Source: Eledone cirrhosa (lineage: Eukaryota). From it: a stretch of DNA of 64,000 nt. The stretch is from positions 26,412,001 through 26,476,000 of the forward strand of contig OZ024753.1 in assembly GCA_964016885.1 (NCBI GenBank), written 5' to 3'. The position numbers and the translations under genes were made by a program. The notes under the pieces were generated by a model that had not been told where the DNA came from, searched no databases, and was given only the letters and a program-made list of their open reading frames with translations. Numbering within the stretch: the stretch's first letter is position 1; each line of letters begins with the position of its first letter. This document shows positions 34,401 through 47,215 of the stretch, piece by piece.

Positions 34401-37400
34401 GTCTAAGGCTTATGGTTGGGGTAAGTTTAAGTCTAAGGCTTGGGGCTAGGATTTAAGTCTAAGGCTTGTTGTTAGGGTTTAATTCTAAGGCTTGGGGTTG
34501 TGGTTTAAGTCTATGTATAAGGCTTGTGTTTGTGGTTTAAGTCTAAGTCTAAGGCTCTGTTTTGGGGTTAGTGTCTACGTCTAAGCCTTGAGGTTGGAGT
34601 TTAAGTCTAAGTCTAAGTCTTGGAGTTGGGGTTTAAGTTTACGTCTAAGGCTTGGGGTTGGGGTTTAAGTCTAAGTCTAAGGCTTGGGGTTGGGGTTCAA
34701 GTCTAAGTCTAAGACTTGGGATTGGTCATTTAAGTTTAAGTCTAAGACTTGTGTTTAGGGTTTAAATTTAAGTCTAAAACTTCGGTTTGTGGTTTAAGTC
34801 TAATTCTAAGGCATTGGGTAGAGGTTTACGTCTACCACTAAGGCTTGGGGTTGGTCCCTAAGTCTAAGGCTTGTGGTTGGGGTTTAAGTCTAAGTCCTAT
34901 GCTTGTGGTTGGGGTTCAAATCTAAGTCTAACGCTTGCGCTTGATCTTCAAGTCTAACTCTAAGGCTTGGGGTTGGGTTATAAGTCTAAGTCTAAGGCTT
35001 GTGGTTGGGGTTTAAATCTATGTCTAAGGCTTGGGGTTTAATTCTAAGTCTAAAGCTTAATGTTGGGGATTAAGTCTAAGCCTAAGGCTTGGGGTTCGGG
35101 TTTAAGTCTAAGTCTAAGGCTTGGTGTTGGGGTTTAAGTTTAAGTCTAAGGTTTGGTGTTGGGGATTATGTCTATGACTAAGGCTTTGGGTTGTCGTTTA
35201 AGTCTAAGTCTAAGGCCTGGAGTTGGTATTTAAATCTAAGTCTAAGGAGTGGAGGTCGAGGTTTAAGTCGATGTCTAAGGTTTGGGGTGGGGGTTTAATT
35301 TTAAGTCTAAGGCTAGGTGTTGGTGTTTGAGTCAAAGTCTAAGGCTTGGGGATGGGGTTTATGTCTAAGGCTTGTGGTTATGGTTTAATTCTGAGGCTTG
35401 GAGTAAGGCTTGAGGTTGGGGTTTAAGTCTAGTTCTAAGGCTTGAGGTTGGGGTTTAAATCTATGTCTATGGCTTGGGGTTTAAATCTAAGTCTAATTCT
35501 TAAGGTTGGGGTTTAGGTCTAAGTCTAAGTCTTGTGGTTGGGTTTTATGTCGAAGTCCAAACTTGGAGTTGGGGTTTAAGGATACGTCTAAGGCTAGGGG
35601 TTGGGGTGTAAGTCTAAGTCTAAGGCTTGGGGTTTGGGTTTAAGTCTAAGGCCTGGAGTTGTGCTTTAAGTCTAAGTCAAAGGCTTGGGTTTGGGGTTAA
35701 AGTCTAAATCTAAGTCTTGTGGTTGGGGTTTAAGTCTAAGTCTAAGGCTTGGAGCTGGGGTTTAAGTCTAAATCTAAGTCTTGAGGTTGGGGTTTAAATC
35801 TATGTCTATGGCTTGGAGTTTAAGTCTAAGTCTAATGCTAGTGGTTGGGTTTTAAGTCTAAATCTTAGGCTTGGGGTTGGGGTTCAATTTTAAGTCTGAG
35901 GCTTGAGGTTGGGGTTAAGTCTAAGTCTAAGACTTGGGGTTAGGGTTTATGTCTAATGCTTGGTGTTGGGGTTTAAGTCTAAGTCTAAGGCTTGGGTTTA
36001 AGTCTAAGTCAAAGGCTAGGGGTTGGGGTTTAAGTTTAAGTCTAAGCCTAGGAGTTGGTGTTTATGTTCACCGGTTGGGCTGAGGCTTGGTGTTGGGGTT
36101 CGGTTTTAAGACTAAGTCTTGTCAGGGTTTAATTCTAAGGCTTGGTGTTGTGGTTTAAGTCTATGTATAAGGCTTGTGTTTGTGGTTTAACTCTAAGTCT
36201 AAGGCTCTGGATTGGGGTTAGTATCTACGTCTAAGGCTTGAGGTTGGAGTTTAAGTCTAAGTCTAAGTCTTGGAGTTGGGGTTTAAGTTTACGTCTAATG
36301 CTAGTGGTTGGGGTTTAACTCTAAGTCTAAGGCTTGGGGTTGGGGTTCAAATCTAATTATAAGACTTGGGATTGGTCATTTAATTATAAGTCTAAGGCTT
36401 GTGGTTAGGGTTTAAGTTTTATTCTAAAGCTTCGGTTTGGGGTTTAAGTCTAATTCTAAGGCTTTCGGTAGAGGTTTAAGTCTACAACTAAGGCTTGGGG
36501 TTGGTCCCTAAGTCTAAGCCTTGGGGTTGGGGTTTAAGTCTAAGTCTTATGGTTGTGGTTGGGGTTCAAATCTAAGTCTAACGCTTGCGCTTGATCTTCA
36601 AGTATAACTCTAACGCTTGGGGTTGGGGTGTAAGTCTAAGTCTAAGGCTTGGATTTAAGTCTAAGTCAAAGGCTTGGGTTTGGGGTTAAAGTCTAAGTCT
36701 AAGTCTTGTGGTTGGGGTTTAAGTCTAAGTCTAAGGCTTGGAGCTGGGTTTTAAGTCTAAATCTAAGTCTTGAGGTTGGGGTTTAAATCTATGTCTATGG
36801 CTTGGAGTTTAAGTCTAAGTCTAATGCTAGTGGTTGGGTTTTAAGTCTAAATCTTAGGCTTGGGGTTGGGGTTCAAGTTTAAGTCTGAGGCTTGAGGTTG
36901 GGGTTAAGTCTAAGTCTAAGACTTTGGGTTGGGGTTTAAGTCTAAGGCTTGGTGGTTGGGGTTTAAGCCTAAGTCTAAAGCTTGAGGTTGGGGTTTAAGT
37001 CTAAGACTTGGGGTAAGGGTTTATGTCTAAGGCTTGGTGTTGGGGTTTAAGTCTAAGTCTAAGGCTTGGGTTTAAGTCTAAGTCAAAGGCTAGGGGTTGG
37101 GGTTTAAGTTTAAGTCTAAGCCTAGGAGTTGGTGTTTAAGTTCACCGGTTGGGCTGAGGCTTGGGGTTGGGGTTCGGTTTTAAGACTAAGTCTTGTTAGG
37201 GTTTAATTCTAAGGCTTGGTGTTATGGTTTAAGATTATGCATATGGCTTGGGGTCGGGGTTTAATTCTAAGTCTAGGGCTTTGGTTTGGGGTTAGTGTCG
37301 ATGTCTAAGGCTTGAGGTTGGGGTTTAAGTCTAAGTCTAAGTCTTGGAGTTGGGGTTTAAGTTTACGTCTAAGGCTAGGGGTTGGGGTGTAAGTCTACGT

Positions 37401-40400
37401 CTAAGGCTTGGGGTTGGGGTTTAAGTCTAAGGCCAGGAGTTCGGTTTTAAGTTGAAGTCTAAGGCTTGGGGTTGTGGTTTAAGTCGAACTCTAAGGCTTT
37501 GGGTTGAAGTTTAAGTTTATGTCTAAGGCTTTGGGTAGAGGTTTAAGTCTACGTCTAAGGCTTGGGGTTGGTCTTTAAGTTGAAGTGTTGGGGTTGGGAA
37601 TTAAGTCTATGTCTAAGGCTTTGGTTTTGGTTTTAAATCTAAATGTACGGCTTGGGGGTTTGTGTTTAAGCCTAAGTCTAATGCTTGGGGTTGGGGTTTA
37701 AGTCTAAGGCTTGCGGTTAGGGTTTAAGTCTAAGGCTTGGTGTTGGGGTTTAAATCTAAGTCTAATGCTAGTGGTTGGGTTTCAAGTTAAGTCTAAGGCT
37801 TGGGCTTGGGGTTTAAGTCTATGTCTAAGGCTTGAGGTTGGTGTTTAAGTCTAAATCTAAGGCTTTGGGTTAAGGTTTAAGTCTATGTCTAAGGCTTGGG
37901 GTTGGGTTTAAGTCTAAGTCTATGGCTTGTGGTTGGGGTTTAAGTCTAGCTCTAAGTCTTGGGGTTGAGGTTTAAGTCTTAGTCTAAGTCTTGAGGTTGG
38001 GGTTTAAGTCTACGTCTAAGGCTTGAGGTTGGGGTTTAAATCTATGACCATGGCTTGGGGTTTATGTATAAGTCTAAGGTTTTGGGTTTGGGGTTAAGTC
38101 TAAGTCAAAGACTTTGGGTTGGGTTTTAAGTCTAAGGCTTGGGGTTTAAGCCTAAGTCTAAAGCTTGGGGTTGGGGTTTAAGTCTATGTCTAAGACTTGT
38201 GGTTGGGTTCAAGTGTAAGTCTAAGGCTTGGGGTTGGGGTTTGAATCTATGTCTATGGATTGGGGTTTAATTCTAAGTCTAAGGCTTAATGTTGGGGTTT
38301 AAGTCTAAGTCTAAGGCTTGGGGTTGGGGTTTAAGTCTAAGTCTAATGCTTGTGGTTAGGGTTTATGTCGATGTCTAAATCTTGGGGTTGGCGTTTAAGT
38401 CTATGTCTAAGGCTTGGGGTTGGAGTTTAAGTTTACGGGTTGGGCTAAGGCTTGGGGTTGGGGTTCGGTCTTGAGACTAAGTCTTGTTGTTAGGGTTTAA
38501 TTCTAAGGCTTGATGTTATGGTTTAAGTCTATCCATAAGTCTTGGAGTTGGGGTTTAATTCTAAGTCTAAGGCTTTGGTTTGGGGTTAGTGTGTATATCT
38601 AAGGCTTGATGTTGGGGTTTATGTCTAAGCCTAAGTCTTGGAGTTGGGGTTTAAGTTTACGTCTAAGGCTAGGGGTTGGGGTGTAAGTCTACGTCTAAGG
38701 CTTGGGGTTGGAGTTTAAGTCTATGTCTAAGCCTTGGGTTTGGGGTTTAAGTCTAAGTTTAAGGTTTGGGGTTAGGGTTTAAGTCTAAGGCCTGGAGTTG
38801 GGCTTTAAGTCTAAGTCTAAGGCTTGTGGTTGGGATTTAAGTCTAACTCTAAGGCTTTGGGTTGAAGTTTAAGTCTATGTCTAAGGCTTGGGGTTGGGTT
38901 AAAGTCTAAGTCTATGGCTTGTGGTTGGGGTTTAAGTCTAACTCTAAGTCTTGGGGTTGAGGTTTAAGTCTAAGTCTAAGTCTTGAGGTTGGGGTTTAAG
39001 TCTACGTCTAAGGCTTGAGGTTGGGGTTTAAATCTATGAATATGGCTTGGGGTTTATGTATAAGTCTAAGGCTTTGGGTTTGGGGTTAAGTCTAAGTCTA
39101 AGACTTTGGGTTGGGTTTTCAGTCTAAGGCTTGGGGGTTGGGGTTTAAGCCTAAGTCTAAAGCTTGGGGTTAGGGTTTAAGTCTAAGGCTTGGGGTTAGG
39201 GTTTATGTCTAAGGCTTGGTGTTGGGGTTTAAGTCTAAGTCTAAGGCTTGGGTTTAAGTCTAAGTCAAAGGCTATTGGTTGGGGTTTAAGTTTAGGTCTA
39301 AGGCTAGGAGTTGGTGCCTAAGCTTGGGATTGTGTTTTATGTCTAAGCCTTGTGGTTATGGTTTAATTCTAAGTCTTGGTGTTGGGGTTTAAGCCTAAGT
39401 CTAAAGCTTGGGGTTGGGGTTTAAGTCTATGTCTAAGACTTGGGGTTGGGTTTTAAGTGTAAGTCTAAGGCTTGGGGTTGGGGTTTAAATCTATGTCTAT
39501 GGATTGGGGTTTAAGTCTAAGTCTAAGGCTAAATGTTGGGGTTTAAGTCTAAGTCTAATGCTTGTGGTTAGGGTTTATGTCGATGTTTAAATCTTGGGGT
39601 TGGGGTTTAAGTATATGTCTAAGGCTTGGGGTTGGAGTTTAAGTTTACGGTTTGGGCTAAGGCTTGGGGTTGGGGTTCGGTCTTGAGACTAAGTCTTGTT
39701 GTTAGGGTTTAATTCTAAGGCTTGGTGTTATGGTTTAAGCCTATCCATAAGTCTTGGAGTTGGGGTTTAATTCTAAGTCTAAGGCTTTGGTTTGGGGTTA
39801 GTGTATATATCTAAGGCTTGATGTTGGTGTTCATGTCTAAGCCTAAGTCTTGGAGTTGGGGTTTAAGTTTACGTCTAAGGCTAGGGGTTGGGGTGTAAGT
39901 CTACGTCTAAGGCTTGGGATTGGGGTTTAAGTCTATGTCTAAGCCTTGTGGTTGGGGTTTAAGTCTAAGTTTAAGGCTTGGGGTTAGGGTTTAAGTCTAA
40001 GGCCTGGAGTTGGGCTTTAAGTCTAAGTCTAAGGCTTGTGATTGGGATTTAAGTCTAACTCTAAGGCTTTGGGTTGAAGTTTAAGTCTATGTCTAAGGCT
40101 TGGAGTTGCGGTTTAAGTCTAAGTCTAAGGCTTCGGGTTAGGGTTTATGTTTAAGTCTAAATCTTCAGTTTGGGGTTTAAGTCTAATTTTAAGGCTTTGG
40201 ATAGAGTTTTAAGTCTACGTCAAATGCTTGGGTTTGGTCTTTAAGTCTATACCTAAGGCTTTAGTTTTGGGTTTAAATCTAAATGTAAGGCTTGGGAGTT
40301 TGTGTTTATGCCTAAGTCTAAGGCTTGGGGCTGGTGTTTAAGTCTAAGGCTTGGGGTTAGTGTTTAAGTCTAAGGCTTGGTGTTGGGATTTAAATCTAAG

Positions 40401-43400
40401 TCTAATGCTAGTGGTTGGGTTTTAAGTTAAGTCTAAGGCTTGGGCTTGGGGTTTAATTTAAGTCTATGTCTAAGGCTTGGGGTTGGGGATTAAATCTACG
40501 TCTAAGGCTTTGTGTTGTGATTTAAGTCTAAGGCTAAGGCCTGGGGTTGAGGTTTAAATCTAAGTCTAAGGCTTAGGGTTGGGGTTTAAGTTTAATTCTA
40601 AGGCTAGGAGTTGGGGCTCGCGTCTAAGTCTAAGGCTTGGGTTTGGCGTTTAAATCTATGTCTAAGTCTTGGGGTTGGGGTTTAAGTCTAAGTCTAATGC
40701 TTGGGTTTGGGGTTTAAGTCTAAGTCTAAGGCTTTGGGTTGAGGTTTAATTTAAGTCTAAGGCTTGGAGCTGGGGTTTAAGTCTAAGTCTAAATCTTGAG
40801 GTCGGCGTTTAAATCTATGTCTATGGCTTGGAGTTTAAGTCTAAGTCTAATGCTAGTGGTTGGGTTTTAAGTCTAAGTCTAAGGCTTGGGGTTGGGGTTC
40901 AAGTCTATGTCTAAAGATTGAGGTTGGGGTTTAAATCTATGTCAAAGGCTTGGGGTTGGGGTTTAAGTCTAAATCTAAGTCTTTGGGTCGGGGCTTAAGT
41001 TTACGTGTTGGGCTAAGGCTTGGGGTTAGGTTTTAAGTTTAAGTCTAAAGCTTCGGTTTGGGGTTTAAGTCTAATTCTAAGGTTTTGGGTATAGGTTTAA
41101 GTCTACGACTAAGGCTTGGGGTAGGTCTTTAAGTCTAAGGCTAGGGGTTGGGGTTTAAGTCTAAGTCTAAGGCTTGGTGTTGGGGATTATGTCTATGACT
41201 AAGGCTTTGGGTTGTGGTTTAAGTCTAAGTCTAAGGCCTGGGGTTGGTATTTATATATAAGTCAAAGACTAGGGCTTGGGGTTTAAGTTTAAGTCTAAGC
41301 CTAGGAGTTGGTGTTTAAGTTCACCGGTTGGGCTGAGGCTTGGGGTTAGGGTTCGGTTTTAAGACTAAGTCTTGTTAGGGTTTAATTCTAAGGCTTGGTG
41401 TTATGGTTTAAGTTTATGCATATGGCTTGGGGTTGGGGTTTAATTCTAAGTCTAAGGCTTTGGTTTGGGGTTAGTGTCGATGTCTAAGGCTTGAGGTTGG
41501 GGTTTAAGTCTAAGTCTAAGTCTTGGAGTTGGGGTTTAAGTTTACGTCTAAGGCTAGGGGTTGGGGTGTAAGTCTAAGGCCTGGAGTTCGGCTTTAAGTT
41601 GAAGTCTAAGGCTTGGGTTGTGGTTTAAGTCTAACTCTAAGGTTTTGGGTTGAAGTTTAAGTCTATGTCTAAGGCTTGGGTTTGGGGTTTAAGTCTAAGT
41701 CCAAGGCTTCGGGATAGGGTCTAAGTTTAAGTCTAAAGCCTCGGTTTGGGGTTTAAGTCTAATTCTAAAGCTTTGGGTAGAGGTTTAAGTCTACGTCTAA
41801 GGCTTGGGGTGGTCTTTATGTCTAAGTGTTGGGGTTGGGAATTAAGTCTATGTCTAAGGCTTTGGTTTTGGGTTTAAATCTAAATGTAAGGCTTGGGGGT
41901 ATGTGTTTAAGCCTAAGTCTAAGGCTTGGTGTTGGGGTTTAAGTCTAAGGCTTGCGGTTAGGGTTTAAGTCTAAGGCTTGGTGTTGGGGTTTAAATCTAA
42001 GTCTAATGCTAGTGGTTGGGTTTAAGTTAAGTCTAAGGCTTGGGCTTGGGGTTTAAGTCTATGTCTAAGGCTTGAGGTTGGTGTTTAAGTCTAAGTCTAA
42101 GGCTTTGGGTTAAGGTTTAAGTCTAAGTCTATGGCTTGTGGTTGGGGTTTAAGTCTAACTCTAAGTCTTGGGGTTGAGGTTTAAGTCTACGTCTAAGGCT
42201 TGAGGTTGGGGTTTAAATCTATGACTATGGCTTGGGGTTTATGTATAAGTCTGAGGCTTTGGATTTGGGGTTAAGTCTAAGTCTAAGACTTTGGGTTGGG
42301 TTTTAAGTCTAAGGCTTGGGGGTTGGGGTTTAAGCCTAAGTCTAAAGCTTGGGGTTAGGGTTTAAGTCTAAGGCTTGGGGTTAGGGTTTATGTCTAAGGC
42401 TCGGTGTTGGGGTTTAAGTCTAAGTCTAAGGCTTGGGTTTAAGTCTAAGTCAAAGGCTAGGGGTTGGGGTTTAAGTTTAAGTCTAAGGCTAGGAGTTGGT
42501 GTTTAAGTCTAAGTCTAAGGCTTGGGGTTGTGTTTTATGTCTAAGCCTTGTGGTTATGGTTTAATTCTAAGGCTTGGTGTTGGGGTTTAAGCCTAAGTCT
42601 AAAGCTTGGGGTTGGGGTTTAAGTCTATATCTAAGACTTGGGGTTGGGGTTCAAGTGTAAGTCTAAGGCTTGGGGTTGGGGTTTAAATCTATGTCTATGG
42701 ATTGGGGTTTTGATTCTAAGTCTAAGGCTTAATGTTGGGGTTTAAGTCTAAGTCTAAGGCTTGGGGTTGGGGTTTAAGTCTAAGTCTAATGCTTGTGGTT
42801 AGGGTTTATGTCGATGTCTAAATCTTGGGGTTGGCGTTTAAGTCTATGTCTAAGGCTTGGGGTTGGAGTTTAAGTTTACGGGTTGGGCTAAGTCTTGGGG
42901 TTGGGGTTCGGTCTTGAGACTAAGTCTTGTTGTTAGGGTTTAATTCTAAGGCTTGGTGTTATGGTTTAAGTCTATCCATAAGTCTTGGAGTTGGGGTTTA
43001 ATTCTAAGTCTAAGGCTTTGGTTTGGGGTTAGTGTGTATATCTAAGGCTTGATGTTGGGGTTTATGTCTACGCCTAAGTCTTGGAGTTGGGGTTTAAGTT
43101 TACGTCTAAGGCTAGGGGTTGGGGTGTAAGTCTACGTCTAAGGCTTGGGGTTGGGGTTTAAGTCTATGTCTAAGCCTTGGGTTTGGGGTTTAAGTCTAAG
43201 TTTAAGGTTTGGGGTTAGGGTTTAAGTCTAAGGCCTGGAGTTGGGCTTTAAGTCTAAGTCTAAGGCTTGTGGTTGGGATTTAAGTCTAACTCTAAGGCTT
43301 TGGGTTGAAGTTTAAGTCTATGTCTAAGGCTTGGAGTTGGGGTTTAAGTCTAACTCTAAGGCTTCGGGTTAGGGTTTATGTTTAAGTCTAAATCTTCAGT

Positions 43401-46400
43401 TTGGGGTTTAAGTCTAATTTTAAGGCTTTGGATAGAGGTTTAAGTCTACGTCAAAGGCTTGGGTTGGTCTTTAAGTCTATACCTAAGGCTTTGGTTTTGG
43501 GTTTAAATCTAAATGTAAGGCTTGGGAGTTTGTGTTTATGCCTAAGTCTAAGGCTTGGGGCTGGTGTTTAAGTCTAAGGCTTGGGGTTAGTGTTTAAGTC
43601 TAAGGCTTGGTGTTGGGATTTAAATCTAAGTCTAATGCTAGTGGTTGGGTTTTAAGTTAAGTCTAAGTCTTGGGCTTGGGGTTTAAGTTAAGTCTATGTC
43701 TAAGGCTTGGGGTTGGGGATTAAATCTACGTCTAAGGCTTTGTGATGTGATTTAAGTCTAAGGCTAAGGCCTGGGGTTGAGGTTTAAATCTAAGTCTAAG
43801 GCTTAGGGTTGGGGTTTAAGTTTAATTCTAAGGCTAGGAGTTGGGGCTCGCGTCTAAGTCTAAGGCTTGGGTTTGGCGTTTAAATCTATGTCTAAGTCTT
43901 GGGGTTGGGGTTTAAGTCTAAGTCTAATGCTTGGGTTTGGGGTTTAAGTCTAAGTCTAAGGCTTTGGGTTGAGGTTTAATTTAAGTCTAAGGCTTGGAGC
44001 TGGGGTTTAAGTCTAAGTCTAAATCTTGAGGTCGGCGTTTAAATCTATGTCTATGGCTTGGAGTTTAAGTCTAAGTCTTATGCTAGTGGTTGGGTTTTAA
44101 GTCTAAGTCTAAGGCTTGGGGTTGGGGTTCAAGTCTATGTCTAAGGATTGAGGTTGGGGTTTAAGTCTATGTCAAAGGCTTGGAGTTGGGGTTTAAGTCT
44201 AAATCTAAGTCTTTGGGTTGGGGTTTAAGTTTACGTGTTGGGCTAAGGCTTGGGGTTAGCTTTTAAGTTTAAGTCTAAAGCTTCGGTTTGGGGTTTAAGT
44301 CTAATTCTAAGGCTTTGGGTATAGGTTTAAGTCTACGACTAAGGCTTGGGGTAGGTCTTTAAGTCTAAGGCTAGGGCTTGGGGTTTAAGTCTAAGGCTTG
44401 GTGTTGGGGATTATGTCTATGACTAAGGCTTTGGGTTGTGGTTTAAGTCTAAGTCTAAGGCCTGGGGTTGGTATTTATATATAAGTCTAATGATTGGGGT
44501 CGAGGTTTAAGTTTAAATCTAAGGCTAGGAGTTGGGGTTTAAGTCTAAGTCTAATGCTTGAGGTTGGGGGGTTTAAGTCTAAGTCTAAGGCTTGGGGTTG
44601 GGTTTCAAATCTAAGTCTTAGGCTTGGGGTTGGGGTTTAAATCTATGTCTATGGCTTCGGGTTTTAGTCTAAATCTAAGGCTTATGGTTTGGGTAAGTCT
44701 AAGTCTAAGGCTTGGGGTTAGGGTTTAAGTCTAAGTCTAAAACTTGTGGTTGGGGTTTATGTGGAAGTCGAAAGCTTGGGGTTGAGGTTTAAGTCTATGT
44801 CTAAGGCTTGGGGTTGGGGATTAAATCTACGTCTAAGGCTTTGGATTGTGATTTAATGCTAAGTCTAAGGCCTGGGGTTGAGGTTTAAATCTAAGTCTAA
44901 GGCTTAGTGTTGGGTTTAAGTTTTATTCTAAGGCTAGGAGTTGGGGCTAAGTCTAAGGCTTGGGTTTGGCGTTTAAATCTATGTCTTATCCTTGGGGTTG
45001 GGGTTTAAGTCTAAGTCTAAGGCCTTGGGTTGAGGTTTAAGTTTAATTCTAAGGCTTGGAGCTGGGGTTTAACTCTAAGTCTAAATCTTGAGGTTGGCGT
45101 TTAACTCTATGTCTATGGCTTGGAGTTTAATTCTAAGTCTAAAGTTAGTGGTTGGGTTTTAAGTCTAAGTCTAAGGTTTGAGGTTGGGGTTTAAGTCTAT
45201 GTCTAAGGCTTGGGGTTGGGGTTTAAGTCTAAATCTAAGTCTTTGGGTTGGGGTTTAAGTTTACGTTTAAGTTTACGTTTGGGTTTTAAGTCTAAGGCTT
45301 GTTAGGGTTTAATTCTAAGGCTTGGGGTTGTGGTTTAAGTCTATGTATTAGGCTTGTGGTTGGGGTTTAATTCTAAATCTAAGGCTCTGGTTTGGGGTTA
45401 GTGTGTATATCTAAGGCTTAAGGTTGGGGTTTAAGTCTAAGTCTAAATCTTGGAGTTGGGGTTTAAGTCTATGTCTAAGGCTTGGGGTTGGAGTTTAAGT
45501 TTACGGGTTGGGCTAAGGCTTGGGGTTGGGGTTCGGTCTTGAGACTAAGTCTTGTTGTTAGGGTTTAATTCTAAGGCTTGGTGTTATGGTTTAAGTCTAT
45601 CCATAAGTCTTGGAGTTGGGGTTTAATTCTAAGTCTAAGGCTTTGGTTTGGGGTTAGTGTGTATATCTAAGGCTTGATGTTGGGGTTTATGTCTACGCCT
45701 AAGTCTTGGAGTTGGGGTTTAAGTTTACGTCTAAGGCTAGGGGTTGGGGTGTAAGTCTACGTCTAAGGCTTGGGGTTGGGGTTTAAGTCTATGTCTAAGC
45801 CTTGGGTTTGGGGTTTAAGTCTAAGTTTAAGGTTTGGGGTTAGGGTTTAAGTCTAAGGCCTGGAGTTGGGCTTTAAGTCTAAGTCTAAGGCTTGTGGTTG
45901 GGATTTAAGTCTAACTCTAAGGCTTTGGGTTGAAGTTTAAGTCTATGTCTAAGGCTTGGAGTTGGGGTTTAAGTCTAACTCTAAGGCTTCGGGTTAGGGT
46001 TTATGTTTAAGTCTAAATCTTCAGTTTGGGGTTTAAGTCTAATTTTAAGGCTTTGGATAGAGGTTTAAGTCTACGTCAAAGGCTTGGGTTTGGTCTTTAA
46101 GTCTATACCTAAGGCTTTGGTTTTGGGTTTAAATCTAAATGTAAGGCTTGGGAGTTTGTGTTTATGCCTAAGTCTAAGGCTTGGGGCTGGTGTTTAAGTC
46201 TAAGGCTTGGGGTTAGTGTTTAAGTCTAAGGTTTGGTGTTGGGATTTAAATCTAAGTCTAATGCTAGTGGTTGGGTTTTAAGTTAAGTCTAAGTCTTGGG
46301 CTTGGGGTTTAAGTTAAGTCTATGTCTAAGGCTTGGGGTTGGGGATTAAATCTACGTCTAAGGCTTTGTGATGTGATTTAAGTCTAAGGCTAAGGCCTGG

Positions 46401-47215
46401 GGTTGAGGTTTAAATCTAAGTCTAAGGCTATGGCTTGGAGTTTAATTCTAAGTCTAAAGTTAGTGGTTGGGTTTTAAGTCTAAGTCTAAGGTTTGAGGTT
46501 GGGGTTTAAGTCTATGTCTAAGGCTTGGGGTTGGGGTTTAAGTCTAAATCTAAGTCTTTGGGTTGGGGTTTAAGTTTACGTTTAAGTTTACGTTTGGGTT
46601 TTAAGTCTAAGGCTTGTTAGGGTTTAATTCTAAGGCTTGGGGTTGTGGTTTAAGTCTATGTATTAGGCTTGTGGTTGGGGTTTAATTCTAAATCTAAGGC
46701 TCTGGTTTGGGGTTTGTGTCTACGTCTAAGGCTTAAGGTTGGGGTTTAAGTCTAAGTCTAAATCTTGGAGTTGGGGTTTAAGTTTACGTCTAAGGCTTGG
46801 GGTTGGGGACTAAGTCTAAGTCTAAGGCTTGAAGCTGCGGTTTAAGTCTAAGTCTAAGTCTTGAAGTTGGGGTTTAAATCTATGTCTATGGCTTGGAGTT
46901 TAAGTCTGAGTCTAATGCTAGTGGTTGGGGTTTAAGTCTAAGTTTAAGGCTTTGGGTTGAGGTTTAAGTCTATGTCTGAGGCTTGGGATTGGGGTTTAAG
47001 TCTAAGTCTAACGCTTGCGCTTGATCTTCAAGTTTAACTCTAAGGCTAGGGGTTGGGGTGTAAGTCTAAATCTATGCCTTGTGGTTGGGGTTTGAATCAA
47101 TGTCTAAGGCTTGGCGTTTAAGTCTAAATCTAAAGCTTAATATTGGGGATTAAGTCTAAGCCTAAGGCTTGGGGTTCAGGTTTAAGTCTAAGTCTAAGGC
47201 TTGGGTTGGGCTTTA
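31429..47215 (+). repeat. Satellite A array, block 2 (complete, ~15.8 kb)
   Basis: Same monomer as block 1. Positions 31981-47215 match 1-15235 at offset 31,980 (line 31981 equals line 1; ORF 199 recurs at 32179 and ORF 15163 at 47143). Confidence 0.98.
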